Source: Eubacteriales bacterium (GTDB lineage Bacteria > Bacillota > Clostridia > Oscillospirales > UBA644). Taken from it: a stretch of 64,000 nt of DNA. The notes beneath the pieces are model-generated. The model was given only the letters and a program-made list of their open reading frames with translations. It searched no databases and had not been told where the DNA came from. Numbering within the stretch: the stretch's first letter is position 1; each line of letters opens with the position of its first letter. Below are positions 38,665 to 49,498 of the stretch, piece after piece. The stretch spans positions 422 through 64,421 of the forward strand of contig JAZPXN010000085.1 in NCBI GenBank assembly GCA_045543655.1, read 5' to 3'. The position numbers and the translations under genes were made by a program.

Positions 38665-40089
38665 TTATCCGATCAGCTCGTGATACATTTCCACGTATTG
38701 CCTTGCCGAGGCGTCCCAGGAGAAATCGCATTTCAGCGCCCGCAGAAGCAGGGCTCTCCACGCTTTTTTGTCCTGATACAGCGCCACTGCCCGCTCAATG
38801 GCGGAGAGCATCTCGTGGGCGTTGTAGTTGTCGAAGGTAAAGCCGTTGCCGCCGAGGGAGGCGTCGAAGACCGAGTCCTTCAGACCGCCGGTGCGGCGGA
38901 CAATGGGGGCGGCTCCGTAACGGCAGGCGACCATCTGTACGAGGCCGCAGGGCTCGCTTTGGGAGGGCATCAGAATGATATCCGCAGAGCCGTAAATACG
39001 GCTGGCAAGCCGGCTGTTGAAATCGATGGTGACCGACATTTTATCGGGATACTGCTCCCGGATGTTGGTCAGGGCCGTTTCGTATTCCGCATCTCCGGTG
39101 CCCAACACCACGAACTGGAGGGGAAGGTGAAGAATATCGTGGATGACCCGCAGGATCAGATCCAGTCCCTTATGGGAGACCAGCCGGGAGATGATGCCGA
39201 TCATGGGGACGTCCTTGTCGACGGGGAGTCCCAGGTCCTTTTGCAGATCCAGCTTGTTTTTTACCTTCTGGGCGGGAGTCCGGGTGGAGAAGGGATGGAG
39301 CAACGCTTTGTCGGTCATAGGATCGTAGCGGACGGTGTCGATTCCGTTCAGAATGCCCGTCAGCTTGCCCTTGTTCCGGGTCAGGATCCCTTCCAGACCG
39401 TGGGCGTAGTAGGCGTAGAGGATCTCTTCCGCATAGGTGGGAGAGACGGTGGAGACCCGGTCCGCCGTTTCCACGGCCCCCTTCATCAGGTTCAGCGCTC
39501 CGTTGAATTCCGCCAGATGAGCGGATTCGTCGGGAATGTTGAACAGATCGTTGTGACGGTCGTAGTCGAAGACTCCCTGATACTGAATATTGTGGATGGT
39601 AAATACGGTTTTGATTCCCTTGTATTCCGGCAGTACGGCGTATTTGGTGCGGTACAGCACCGGCACCAGGGCCGTATGCCAATCGTGGGCGTGGAGGATG
39701 TCGGGATAGAAGCCCACGTGGGGCAGGATCTCCAGGCAGGCGGTGGAGAAGAAGGCGAAGCGTTCGCCGTCGTCGTAATCTCCGTACAGCTTGCTTCCCC
39801 GCTTGAAATAATATTCGTTATCGATAAAATACCAGATAACGCCTTCGTATTTCAACTCGAAGATGCCGCAATACTGGTTTCTCCAGCCCACGGGAACGGT
39901 AATGCTCCGAAGAAAGGTCATCTGACCTCTCAGCTCGTCGGAGATCTTTCCGTAGAGGGGCAGAACCACCCGGATATCGTTTCCTTCGATCTTGGCCAAG
40001 GTCTTGGGCAGAGCTCCGATCACGTCCCCCAGTCCGCCGGAAACGGCGAAGGGAAAGGCCTCGGAGGCGGTGAATAAAATCTTTGCCAT
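38665..40089 (-). CDS. glgA: Glycogen synthase
   Basis: Motifs GGLGDV, HAHDWHT, SRLVSHKG and EPCGL. Confidence 0.96.
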   Translation of the reverse strand: MAKILFTASEAFPFAVSGGLGDVIGALPKTLAKIEGNDIRVVLPLYGKISDELRGQMTFLRSITVPVGWRNQYCGIFELKYEGVIWYFIDNEYYFKRGSKLYGDYDDGERFAFFSTACLEILPHVGFYPDILHAHDWHTALVPVLYRTKYAVLPEYKGIKTVFTIHNIQYQGVFDYDRHNDLFNIPDESAHLAEFNGALNLMKGAVETADRVSTVSPTYAEEILYAYYAHGLEGILTRNKGKLTGILNGIDTVRYDPMTDKALLHPFSTRTPAQKVKNKLDLQKDLGLPVDKDVPMIGIISRLVSHKGLDLILRVIHDILHLPLQFVVLGTGDAEYETALTNIREQYPDKMSVTIDFNSRLASRIYGSADIILMPSQSEPCGLVQMVACRYGAAPIVRRTGGLKDSVFDASLGGNGFTFDNYNAHEMLSAIERAVALYQDKKAWRALLLRALKCDFSWDASARQYVEMYHELIG

Positions 40090-40107
40090 AATTTATTTTC
40101 CCCGGGA

Positions 40108-41226
40108 TCAGACCCGGCTTCCTTTCTCAATGACGATGGGGTATGTGGGGGCCCCGGACAGATTGCGGTCGGGGGCGATATAGGCGTTTTTGTCGATGAT
40201 GGCGCAATCCACGGTGGCTCCTGCGGAGACCGACACCCCCTGCATCAGCAGGGAATTGCGCACCACGGCGCCCTTCGCTACGTAGACGCCCCGGCCGAGG
40301 ATGGAATTTTCCACCGTGCCTTCAATGCGGCAGCCGTTGGCGATCAGAGACCCGCTGGCCTTGGCCTCCGGCGCGTAATAGACGGGGCATTCGTCGTGGA
40401 TCTTGGTGTAGATGGGGCGCTCTCTGGGGAACAGCTCCTTGCGGACTTCGGCCTTCAGTAGGGCCATGCCTGCCCGGTAATAGCCGGGGACGGAGCGGAT
40501 CTGCTCGACGAAGCCGTCAAAGCCGTAGCCCAGAATTTTCCAGTCCTTGCAATGCTTGCCCAGCACGTCCCGTTCCAGGCTTCCCTTGCCGGTGGCCTGT
40601 GCGTCGTCGATGATGCGGACCAGAAGATCCTTTTTCATCACCCAGATGCCGAGAGAATTGTTCACGGTTCCGGCGGAGATCCGGGGATCCACCAGGACGG
40701 CGCTGATCCGGCCGTCGGCGTTCACGTCGTAGAGCACCCGGTCTTTGGCGTTCTTTTCCTTCAGATCCACGTTGTGATAAACGCAGGTGATGTCCGCGTC
40801 GTTCTCTTCGTGGAAGGCAAGGACCTTCTCCAGATCAATATTCAGGATCAGGTTGCTGTCTGCCAGCACGGCGTATTCCTCTCTGGCCCGGACGATATAG
40901 CTCAGCACCGTCTTCAAGGCCTCCAGCCGACCGTGATAGAGGCCTGTGCCGGCGGTGGAATAGGGCGGGAAAATGGTCAGCCCGCCGAATTTCCGGGAAA
41001 GATCCCATTCCTTTCCCGATCCCAGATGGTTCACCAGAGAATGATAGTTGTTCCGGGCGATGACTCCCACGGAGGAGATGCCGGAATTGACCATATTCGA
41101 AAGGATAAAGTCGATCAGACGGTATCGGCCGCCCAGAGGCACGGCGCCCAGGGTGCGGTTCCGGGTCAGCTGGGGCAGGGCGTCGTCGTGAATATTCGAA
41201 AAAATAATACCGAAAGCGTTAGCCAT
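40108..41226 (-). CDS. glgD: ADP-glucose pyrophosphorylase subunit GlgD
   Basis: Motifs [13 protein letters not shown] and [10 protein letters not shown]. Follows glgC. Confidence 0.93.
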   Translation of the reverse strand: MANAFGIIFSNIHDDALPQLTRNRTLGAVPLGGRYRLIDFILSNMVNSGISSVGVIARNNYHSLVNHLGSGKEWDLSRKFGGLTIFPPYSTAGTGLYHGRLEALKTVLSYIVRAREEYAVLADSNLILNIDLEKVLAFHEENDADITCVYHNVDLKEKNAKDRVLYDVNADGRISAVLVDPRISAGTVNNSLGIWVMKKDLLVRIIDDAQATGKGSLERDVLGKHCKDWKILGYGFDGFVEQIRSVPGYYRAGMALLKAEVRKELFPRERPIYTKIHDECPVYYAPEAKASGSLIANGCRIEGTVENSILGRGVYVAKGAVVRNSLLMQGVSVSAGATVDCAIIDKNAYIAPDRNLSGAPTYPIVIEKGSRV

Positions 41227-42439
41227 TGTTCGTACCTTCTTTCTTTACGTCGTCCCGGTCAACGATCTCGCCGGCGGGGACGGTTTCGTTCTCCCCTACG
41301 GTGCAGCCGGGGCCCACCACGGTGATGACGGGATTTTTCCCCTCCTCCGCAGGAGCGCCGACGGTGGCGCCGGCCTTGATGACGGCACCCTCGCCGATGA
41401 TGGCGTTATAGACCTTTGCGCCGGCCTCCAGAGTGGCGTGCTGCATCAGCACGGAGCCCTCCGAAAGAGCGCCTTCCTCCAGGGTGACCTTATAGGAAAC
41501 CACGGAGTTGTTCACCTTGCCGTAAATATTGCCTCCCTCGGAGACGATGGAATTGGTGATGGAAGCGTTCGGACCGGTGTAGTGGGGCGGAGATACGGGA
41601 TTTCTGGCGTAGATCTTCCAATCGGGATTGTCGATCTTCAGCTGATCGGGATGGAAGATCAGATCCATATTCGCTTCCCAGAGGCTGTCGATGGTGCCCA
41701 CGTCCTTCCAGTACCCGTGGAAGGAATAGGCGAAGAGCTTCTGGTTATCGTTGAGCATGGTGGGGATGATGTTCTTTCCGAAGTCGTTGGAGGACGCGGG
41801 ATCGGCTTCGTCCCGTTCCAGGTATTCCTTCAGCTTGCTCCATTTAAAAATATAGATGCCCATGGAGGCCTGATTGGACTTGGGCACGGCGGGCTTTTCC
41901 TGGAATTCGGTGATCCGGCCTTCCTCGTCGGTGGCAAGGATTCCGAAGCGGGAAGCCTCTTCCATGGGAACGTCGATGACCGCCACGGTGGCGTCGGCGT
42001 CGGAGCGCTCGTGGGCCTCCAGCATCTTGGAATAGTCCATGGTATAGATGTGATCCCCGGACAGAATCAGAACGTGCTCGGGATCGTACTGCTCGATGAA
42101 GGGGAAGTTCTGATAAATGGCGTTTGCCGTACCCTTATACCAGTCGGCGCCGGAATTCTGCTGATAGGGCGGCAGAACGTAGACCCCTCCGTACAGCCGG
42201 TCCAGATCCCAGGGATCCCCGGTGCGGATGTAGCGGTTCAGCACCAGGGGCTGATATTGGGTCAGGACCCCCACCACGGTGATGTCCGAGTTGATGCAGT
42301 TGGACAGGGGGAAGTCGATGATGCGGTATTTCGCCCCAAAGGGAACGGCGGGTTTTGCGACGTTCTTCGTCAGCACCTTCAGACGGCTGCCCTGGCCGCC
42401 GGCAAGGAGCATCGCAATGCACTTTTTCTTTTGGATCAT
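41219..42439 (-). CDS. glgC: Glucose-1-phosphate adenylyltransferase
   Basis: Motifs [30 protein letters not shown] and YWKDVGT. Start 42439 follows a GAGGAGG RBS. Confidence 0.96.
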   Translation of the reverse strand: MIQKKKCIAMLLAGGQGSRLKVLTKNVAKPAVPFGAKYRIIDFPLSNCINSDITVVGVLTQYQPLVLNRYIRTGDPWDLDRLYGGVYVLPPYQQNSGADWYKGTANAIYQNFPFIEQYDPEHVLILSGDHIYTMDYSKMLEAHERSDADATVAVIDVPMEEASRFGILATDEEGRITEFQEKPAVPKSNQASMGIYIFKWSKLKEYLERDEADPASSNDFGKNIIPTMLNDNQKLFAYSFHGYWKDVGTIDSLWEANMDLIFHPDQLKIDNPDWKIYARNPVSPPHYTGPNASITNSIVSEGGNIYGKVNNSVVSYKVTLEEGALSEGSVLMQHATLEAGAKVYNAIIGEGAVIKAGATVGAPAEEGKNPVITVVGPGCTVGENETVPAGEIVDRDDVKKEGTNNG

Positions 42440-42549
42440 TACGGGACCCTCCTCTTTTTTGGTTTGCGTTTTTTTATGTGACGGTGGAAATCCGGTCGGG
42501 GTTTTTCTTTCTGTCTCGTCTCGGTCGGTTTTTCGCCGTTGGATACGGG

Positions 42550-44487
42550 TTATTTTCGCGCGGACCGCTTCGCCGTCCCCGTCCGGGGCGCTTTCTCCTT
42601 CGGACCGACGGTCGGCTCCTTGCGGGGCGGCTTCCGCTTCAGTACGATGGCGCCCAGGGGCGGCAACGTGACCTCCGTGGAGCAGTTGCGGCCGTGCCAG
42701 GGAATGCGGTTGACGGTGATCTCCCCATTCTTGACGCCACCGCCGCCGAAGGCGGCATCGTCGGAATTGAAGATCTCTTCGTATTTGCCGTATTTCGGAA
42801 GCCCGAACCGGTAATTTTCCCACCGCTGGGGGGAGAAATTCACGGCGACGACCAATTCCTCCTCCTTGCACCGGCGGAGGAAGACCACCACGTTGTTCCG
42901 GTTGTCGTCGGGGGAGATCCATTCGAAGCCCTCGGGGGAGCAATCCTCCTCCCACAGGGCCGGGTGGGCCAGATAGAACAGGTTCAGCGTCCGGGTAAAA
43001 TCCTTCAGCCGCCGGTGGGGCTCGTAATCCAGCATGAACCACTCCAGCTCGTTTTCAAAATCCCATTCCCGGAAGGGGCCGTATTCGCTGCCCATAAAGA
43101 GCAGCTTTTTCCCCGGATGGGTATACATATAACTGAGGAACGCCCGGAAGCCGGCGAATTTGTTTTCGTAGGGCCCGGGGATCTTATCCAGCAACGATTT
43201 CTTTCCGTGCACCACCTCGTCGTGGGAGATGGGAAGCACGTAATTCTCCGAAAAGGCGTACATGAACGAGAAGGTAAGATACCCGTGATGATCCTTCCGG
43301 AAAAAAGGATCCAGCTCGATATAGTCGAGCATATCGTTCATCCAGCCCATATTCCATTTGAAGTTAAATCCGAGTCCTCCCTGATCCGGGTCCTTCGTGA
43401 CCTTTGCCCAGGAGGTGGATTCTTCTGCGATCATCAAGGCGTCGGGGACCCGGCCGTGAACGGCGGTATTCAGCTTCTGCAGGAAGGCCACGGCCTCCTT
43501 GTTCTCTTCGGTGCCCTCGGCGTTGCGTACTTCGAACTCCTTGCCGAAGCTGAGGTACAGCATGGACGTGACTGCGTCCACCCGCAGGCCGTCCGCATGG
43601 TATTGCTCCAGCCAGAACAGGGCGGAGGAGATGAGAAACGACTGCACCTCCGGCCGGCCGTAATCGAAGACCACCGTGCCCCATTGGGGCTGCTCCCGCT
43701 TTTCGTGGGATTTGTATTCGTATTGATATTCGCCGTCAAAGCGATAAAGCCCGTGGGCGTCCTTGGGATAATGGGAAGGCACCCAGTCCAGAATCACGCC
43801 CATGCCCTGCCGGTGGCATTCGTCGATGAAATACATCAGATCGTGGGGCGTTCCGAACCGGGAGGTGGGGGCAAAATAGCCGCAGCACTGATATCCCCAG
43901 GATTCCTCCAGCGGATGCTCGGTAATGGGCAGAAGCTCAATATGGGTGTATCCCATCTGCCGGGCGTAGGGGATCAGCTCTTCCGCCAGCTTCCGGTAGG
44001 AGAAGGGATTGCCGTCGGCAAAGCGTCTCCAGGAGCCGGCGTGAACCTCGTAGATATTCATGGGGGATCTGTAGGGGTTCGTCCCTTTGCGGGCGGTCAG
44101 CCAGTTCTGGTCTCCCCATTCGTAGCCGTTAAGGTCAAAAACGCGGGATTCCGTCGCCACGCCCCAGCCGCTGTGGAAGGCGTAGGGATCGGCCTTCTCG
44201 AAAACCTCCCCCTGCTTGGACAGGATGCGGTATTTATATTGATCGTAAGTCTTCACTCCGGGGATAAAGGCCTCCCAGATGCCGCCGTGGCATTCCATGG
44301 GGGCGGCCGCCGGATCCCAGCCGTTAAAAGAGCCGATTATCGACACCTCTGCGGCGTTGTCCGCCCAGACCCGGAAGCGGTATCCCTTTACCCCTTCCGA
44401 AACGTCCGGATGGGCGCCGAAAAAGCGATAACTTTCAAAATTCGTTCCCTGGCGGAACAGATAAACGGGCAGGTCTCTTTCGGTCAC
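42550..44487 (-). CDS. glgB: 1,4-alpha-glucan branching enzyme
   Basis: Motifs [34 protein letters not shown] and SHDEVVHGK. Confidence 0.96.
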   Translation of the reverse strand: MTERDLPVYLFRQGTNFESYRFFGAHPDVSEGVKGYRFRVWADNAAEVSIIGSFNGWDPAAAPMECHGGIWEAFIPGVKTYDQYKYRILSKQGEVFEKADPYAFHSGWGVATESRVFDLNGYEWGDQNWLTARKGTNPYRSPMNIYEVHAGSWRRFADGNPFSYRKLAEELIPYARQMGYTHIELLPITEHPLEESWGYQCCGYFAPTSRFGTPHDLMYFIDECHRQGMGVILDWVPSHYPKDAHGLYRFDGEYQYEYKSHEKREQPQWGTVVFDYGRPEVQSFLISSALFWLEQYHADGLRVDAVTSMLYLSFGKEFEVRNAEGTEENKEAVAFLQKLNTAVHGRVPDALMIAEESTSWAKVTKDPDQGGLGFNFKWNMGWMNDMLDYIELDPFFRKDHHGYLTFSFMYAFSENYVLPISHDEVVHGKKSLLDKIPGPYENKFAGFRAFLSYMYTHPGKKLLFMGSEYGPFREWDFENELEWFMLDYEPHRRLKDFTRTLNLFYLAHPALWEEDCSPEGFEWISPDDNRNNVVVFLRRCKEEELVVAVNFSPQRWENYRFGLPKYGKYEEIFNSDDAAFGGGGVKNGEITVNRIPWHGRNCSTEVTLPPLGAIVLKRKPPRKEPTVGPKEKAPRTGTAKRSARK

Positions 44488-44537
44488 GGTATCACTCCTT
44501 TTCCCGGGAATTTGGGGGACGTTATCCCATTGCTTCT

Positions 44538-44566
44538 ATTATAGCACATTCCGAATCTGTTTTCAA
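44538..44566 (-). promoter_or_regulatory. Sigma-A promoter of the glg operon
   Basis: The minus strand reads TTGAAA-17 bp-TATAAT with an extended -10 TG. Confidence 0.7.
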
Positions 44567-44590
44567 TGGTAATTCCGTCGAAAAATAGAC

Positions 44591-44605
44591 AATTTTCATA
44601 AAATT
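44591..44605. promoter_or_regulatory. Candidate CodY box
   Basis: AATTTTCATAAAATT matches AATTTTCWGAAAATT at 14 of 15 positions, just upstream of the glg -35. Confidence 0.5.
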
Positions 44606-44808
44606 CACAAAATGTATCGTGCGCCTTTGTGAAATTGTACAAAACTCGACGGGAGTTCTTATGAAAAATTACCATACGACGTAACCCGCGTTTGAAAATT
44701 TGAATAAAAACCGACAAAAGCGGAACGATTTTGTAAGGTTTATTGCAATTTGCATCCGTATGTGGTATTATAATATTATCTCTAAATTTATCAACACGCG
44801 AGGAATTT

Positions 44809-45972
44809 ATGAAATACGAACTGATCGCCCCTGCCGCCTTCGGGCTGGAGGCGGTGACTGCCCGGGAATTGCAGAATCTGGGCTTTGAGGATACCCGTAC
44901 CGAAGACGGGCGGGTCTTTTTCTCCGGGGACGAATCCGCCGTGGCCAAGGCAAACCTGTGGTTGCGCACCGCCGCCCGGGTGCAGATCTGTCTGGCCCGG
45001 TTTCGGGCCGTCACCTTCGAAGAGCTGTTTCAAGGGGTAAAGGCGCTTCCCTGGGGGGAGATCCTGCCGGAAAACGCCCGCTTCCCCGTGGACGGAAGGT
45101 CGGTCAAATCCACCCTGTTCAGCATTTCCGACTGTCAGGCCGTTTCGAAGAAGGCCATCGTGGAAAAACTGAAGGAAAAATATCACCGGGACTTTTTCGA
45201 GGAGACGGGGGATCTGTACCGCATCGAGGTGGCCCTTCTGAAGGATACGGTCACCGTCACCCTGGACACCACCGGCGCCGGGCTTCATAAACGGGGCTAC
45301 CGAAGGATTGCCGGAGAGGCTCCGTTAAAAGAGACCATGGCCGCCGCCCTGATCGATCTCACCTTCTGGAAGCCGGGGCGCATTCTGGTGGACCCCATGT
45401 GCGGCACCGGCACCATTCCCATTGAAGCCGCCCTGATTGCGGAAAACCGGGCTCCGGGGCTGACCCGTACCTTCACGGCGGAATCCTGGCCTGCCTTTGC
45501 CAAAGCCTTTGCCGCTGCCCGGGAGGAAGCGAAGGCGCTGATTTGTCCCGCCACCGAGATTACGATCCTCGGCCGGGATATCGACGCAAAGGCCGCCGAC
45601 GTTTCCCAGACCTGCGCCCGCCTTGCGGGGGTGGAGAAGGCCGTCCGGTTCGAGCGGGCGGATATGCGGAAATTTACCTCCGACGAAAAATACGGCTTTA
45701 TCCTTACCAATCCGCCCTACGGCGAGCGGCTGGGGCAGGAGGAAGAGGTGCAGGCCATTTACCGGGATATGGGCAAGGTGTTCCGCTCTCTGGATACCTG
45801 GTCTTATTACGTGCTTACCGCCCATCCGGAGTTCGAGCGTCTCTTCGGCCGGAAGGCGGATAAACGCCGAAAGCTGTTCAACGGCCGGCTCCCCTGCCAG
45901 TATTATCAGTATCTCGGTCCGAAGCCTCCCCGTCCTCCGAGAGGGGAAGAAGGACCCGATTCGGCAAAATGA
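44809..45972 (+). CDS. THUMP-domain 23S rRNA m2G methyltransferase (RlmL/YpsC-like)
   Basis: Motifs FGLE, ANLWLR, LHKRGYR, APLKETMAA, DPMCGTGT and NPPYGERL. Confidence 0.92.
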   Translation: MKYELIAPAAFGLEAVTARELQNLGFEDTRTEDGRVFFSGDESAVAKANLWLRTAARVQICLARFRAVTFEELFQGVKALPWGEILPENARFPVDGRSVKSTLFSISDCQAVSKKAIVEKLKEKYHRDFFEETGDLYRIEVALLKDTVTVTLDTTGAGLHKRGYRRIAGEAPLKETMAAALIDLTFWKPGRILVDPMCGTGTIPIEAALIAENRAPGLTRTFTAESWPAFAKAFAAAREEAKALICPATEITILGRDIDAKAADVSQTCARLAGVEKAVRFERADMRKFTSDEKYGFILTNPPYGERLGQEEEVQAIYRDMGKVFRSLDTWSYYVLTAHPEFERLFGRKADKRRKLFNGRLPCQYYQYLGPKPPRPPRGEEGPDSAK

Positions 45973-45994
45973 TCTCATAAAAAGGAGAAAGCGT

Positions 45995-47155
45995 ATGTTG
46001 AAAAAAATTCTTGCCCTGCTCTTTTGCACCGCACTGCTCTGTTCCTTTGCGGCCTGCGGGGAAACGCCCGTTGCCACCGATTCCGATCTTCCTTCCTCGG
46101 GCAGCACCGCCGGGAATACGGATTCCGCCGTTTCCGGGTCTTCGGATCAGGTCGATGCTTCGGATGAGCCCGTGAAGTACGAAAGCTACGATCCCGAGCT
46201 GGAGCATAAGGTAATGTTTTCGAGAACCGGCGGCGTTTTGTGGGTTCTGGATCTGGACAAGGCCGGCGATGTTTCCGCTCTTTCCAGTCTGGACGACGCC
46301 GTGGTCTGGGAATGGGATCCTGCGGAATGCCCGAACATCAAATATCCTGAGCGGGCCGGCTCTGCCGGGCTGAAATTCCGTCATTCCTCCTATTGGGACA
46401 CCGACGTGATCCTGCTGGCTCAGTCCAACGGCTGGGTGGGCGTCGTGGATTACGAAACGAAGGAAATGCTTTTTGAGCAGCAGCTCAAGGCCGGTCCCCA
46501 TTGTATCGAGCTGATGCCCAACGGCGATCTGGTGGTTGCTTCCTCCGGCAACGGAGACGAGAGCATTGCCGGGCTCTATTATTTCCCCCTCTCCACCGGC
46601 ACGGAGGAAAAGTCCGATTTCTCCCTCTTCAAGGGTGCCCACGGGGTCTGCTACGATCCCGAAAACGAGTGTCTCTGGGCTCTGGGGGACGACGAGGTCC
46701 GTTGCTACGTCGTGCAGAATTACGGCAAAGCCGACGCCAAGCTGAAGTGGATTCAGGGGGAAGGAGATTCGTTGGTGGAGCTGAACGATATCGGCGGCCA
46801 TAACCTGACGCCGGTCTACGGTCAGCCCGGCAAATACTGGGTCACCTCCATCAAGGGGATGTATCTCTTCGATTCTTCTACCGGCAAGCTTTCCAAAACG
46901 TACAAGGACCGCAAAGATCTTTCGTATCCCAACATCAAGGGCATCGCTTATTTTGCCGACGGCACCGCCGTGCAGTCCGGCTACGTGGGCGAGGGCGGGA
47001 ATCCGGATTATTGCTCCACCGCCCTGCGGATCATTACGCTGGAGGAGATCGGCGGCAAGGTAACCTCCGTCCGCCCCGTTACCCGGGAGATTCCCTTTGA
47101 GATAACCGGGGATCAAACCTATAAGGTTCAGGCCTTCAACAAAGATTATCAATAA
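45995..47155 (+). CDS. Beta-propeller-like lipoprotein, array member 1 (DUF6528-like)
   Basis: Lipobox FAAC, an Asp/Ser linker, motifs PHCIELMPNG, HGVCYDP and GHNLTP, ending YKVQAFNKDYQ. Start moved to MLKK after AGGAG. Confidence 0.85.
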   Translation: MLKKILALLFCTALLCSFAACGETPVATDSDLPSSGSTAGNTDSAVSGSSDQVDASDEPVKYESYDPELEHKVMFSRTGGVLWVLDLDKAGDVSALSSLDDAVVWEWDPAECPNIKYPERAGSAGLKFRHSSYWDTDVILLAQSNGWVGVVDYETKEMLFEQQLKAGPHCIELMPNGDLVVASSGNGDESIAGLYYFPLSTGTEEKSDFSLFKGAHGVCYDPENECLWALGDDEVRCYVVQNYGKADAKLKWIQGEGDSLVELNDIGGHNLTPVYGQPGKYWVTSIKGMYLFDSSTGKLSKTYKDRKDLSYPNIKGIAYFADGTAVQSGYVGEGGNPDYCSTALRIITLEEIGGKVTSVRPVTREIPFEITGDQTYKVQAFNKDYQ

Positions 47156-47176
47156 TTTCACCGGGAGGTTTCTCAT

Positions 47177-48301
47177 ATGAAACGGATCCTTGTTCTTCTT
47201 CTCTGCGGTCTTCTGCTCTGCGGCCTTGTTGCCTGCGGCGAAGCGCCCGTCGTTCCCGATTCCGACCTCCCTTCCACCGGAGCCTCCTCCGATGCCGGCA
47301 CTTCGGATTCGGAAAAGCCCGGTGCGGTGCTCTTTGACCCTGACGTTGAGCATAAGTTTCTCGCCTGCGACGTTCTGAACCACAGCATCGTGGTTTACGA
47401 TATGAACGCCTGCGACGAGGTCTACGATAATCTGAAAAACGACCGTTGTATCGTCTGGGAATGGGATGCCGACGACGACGCCACCTGCAAGGGAAAGCCC
47501 ACCTCCGGACTGGACGCCGCCAAGATCCGCTATTCCGATTATTACGAATGCGACGTGGTCATCGTCTGCTCCTCCGAGGGCTGGGCGGGGATTGTGGACT
47601 ACGAGACGAAGACCACCCTGTGGGAGACCGAAATTCCCGGCAGTAATCTCCACTCCGTGGAAATGATGCCCAACGGCGATCTGGTGCTGGTGGGGTCGGG
47701 AGAAGAGGGGAAGGTCTATTACGTCCCCCTGTCCGCCAACGTGACCGAATATACCGCCACCATCGACGCGCCCTCCGGTCACGGCGCCTGCTACGATCCC
47801 GTCAACGATTGGCTGTGGATTCTGGATTACGACGAGATCTTTGCCTGCAAGGTGGAGAATTACGGTGAGAAGGACGTTGCCCTTACCCGGGTCAACGGGA
47901 AATCCTATAATTTCACCACCCGCAACAAGGAGGCCAGCGGTCACGTGCTGACTCCCGTGGCCGGTCAGCCCGGAAAATACTGGATGGCCGCCGAACGCCT
48001 CTGGATTTTCGATAGCAACGAAATGACCCTGACCCGGAGCTACGATTACGCCGGGGTTTACAGCGCAAAAGAATCCGATTGGATGAAGGGCGTGGCTCAT
48101 TTTGAAGACGGCACCATGGTCCAGACCGTTCCCAAGTGGGGCGGCAAGACTCTGACCGACGCCACCTGCGGCGGATTCCGGGTTATCGTCCGGGAGGACG
48201 ACGGCAGCGGAAAGGCGGACGTGAACGTCTACAAGATCGTCTTCCAGCCCCGCAACCGGGAATTTTATAAAGTTACCGCCTTCTCCAAAAATTATCAGTA
48301 A
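47177..48301 (+). CDS. Beta-propeller-like lipoprotein, array member 2
   Basis: Lipobox LVAC, motifs LHSVEMMPNG, HGACYDP and GHVLTP, ending FYKVTAFSKNYQ. Confidence 0.85.
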   Translation: MKRILVLLLCGLLLCGLVACGEAPVVPDSDLPSTGASSDAGTSDSEKPGAVLFDPDVEHKFLACDVLNHSIVVYDMNACDEVYDNLKNDRCIVWEWDADDDATCKGKPTSGLDAAKIRYSDYYECDVVIVCSSEGWAGIVDYETKTTLWETEIPGSNLHSVEMMPNGDLVLVGSGEEGKVYYVPLSANVTEYTATIDAPSGHGACYDPVNDWLWILDYDEIFACKVENYGEKDVALTRVNGKSYNFTTRNKEASGHVLTPVAGQPGKYWMAAERLWIFDSNEMTLTRSYDYAGVYSAKESDWMKGVAHFEDGTMVQTVPKWGGKTLTDATCGGFRVIVREDDGSGKADVNVYKIVFQPRNREFYKVTAFSKNYQ

Positions 48302-48319
48302 TTCCGGGAGGTACGAACG

Positions 48320-49480
48320 ATGAAAAAGCTTTTCGCCTTTCTCCTGTGCGGCGTTATTCTCTGTGGCCTTGCGGCCTGCGGTGAGACGCCCGTCCCCGCC
48401 GATTCCGATTCCTCCGCCTCTTCCGGGGCGGTCTCCGATTCCGCGACCGGGGATTCCGTCGCCTCTTCCGATGAGGCCGACGTCTCCGACACTTCCGATG
48501 AGGAAGAAGTCAAAATTCCGGTTTTCGATCCCGCCGTGGATCATAAGATCATCATGGACGTCTCTGCCCGGGGCATCCTCGTGGTGGATCTGGACGAAAC
48601 CGGGGATCATCCCGAAAATTGGAGCGTGGAAGACGGAATTATTTGGGAATGGAGCACCGACGATCTGACGGAAGGCAAAATGAAGGGCGTTTCGGTCACC
48701 ATGGACTCGGCCCGTCTCAGGTATTCCCCCTATTACGAAAGCGACGTGATCGTATTCTGCGGCTCCGGCGGCTGGGTCGGCGTTGTGGATTACGCCACGA
48801 AGGAGCTGCTTTTTGAGGACAATCCCGGCAAGGGCCCCCATTCTGCGGAGCTGCTGCCCAACGGGGATCTGGTTCTCGCCTGCTCCGGGAATTCCAACAG
48901 CGAGGAGGGGTGCGTTCTTTATTATCCCCTTTCCTCCGGTCTGACGAGAAGCACCTCCACCTACCCCCTCATCTCCGCCCACGGGGTCTGCTACGATCCC
49001 GAGCAGGACGTGATCTGGGCGCTGGGCGGCTATGAGATCGTTGCTCTGAGCGTTTCCGGCAAGGGGACCGAGAAAGCAAAGATCTCTCCCGTCAGCGGCA
49101 TGGGCGTGAAGCTGCCCTCCAATGGCGGACACGAGTTGTCCCCCGCCTACGGACATCCGGGGAAATACTGGGTCTCCGGCGGTAAGGAGGTTTGGGTCTT
49201 CGATTCCGTGAACGGAAGTATCTCCGCCACCGATCTCCAGGCCAAGAAATATACCAACAAGAACGTCAAGGGAATGGCCTATTTTTCCGACGGTACCATG
49301 GTTCAGACCTCTCACGATCAGGGCGGCACCGGCACCTACCGCTCGTCTCTCTTCCGGGTCATGTATCTGGCGGAATCCTCCGGCAAGATCAAGACCTCCG
49401 TGGTCAAGGAGCTGATGATCCCCCACGCCGGCGATTATCAGTCCTATAAGGTCGACGTTTTCTGTAAAGATTATCAGTAA
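48320..49480 (+). CDS. Beta-propeller-like lipoprotein, array member 3
   Basis: Lipobox LAAC, motifs PHSAELLPNG, HGVCYDP and GHELSP, ending YKVDVFCKDYQ. Confidence 0.85.
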   Translation: MKKLFAFLLCGVILCGLAACGETPVPADSDSSASSGAVSDSATGDSVASSDEADVSDTSDEEEVKIPVFDPAVDHKIIMDVSARGILVVDLDETGDHPENWSVEDGIIWEWSTDDLTEGKMKGVSVTMDSARLRYSPYYESDVIVFCGSGGWVGVVDYATKELLFEDNPGKGPHSAELLPNGDLVLACSGNSNSEEGCVLYYPLSSGLTRSTSTYPLISAHGVCYDPEQDVIWALGGYEIVALSVSGKGTEKAKISPVSGMGVKLPSNGGHELSPAYGHPGKYWVSGGKEVWVFDSVNGSISATDLQAKKYTNKNVKGMAYFSDGTMVQTSHDQGGTGTYRSSLFRVMYLAESSGKIKTSVVKELMIPHAGDYQSYKVDVFCKDYQ

Positions 49481-49498
49481 GAAACGGAGTCTTCCGCG

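Noticed and set aside
42440..43042. 200-aa N-terminal extension of GlgC in the ORF track, and similar extensions for htrA, GH13 and array member 1
   Set aside because: These are artefacts of taking the first possible start. They overlap upstream genes or intergenic DNA, and better starts sit downstream (good RBSs, or a stop-start overlap for GH13).
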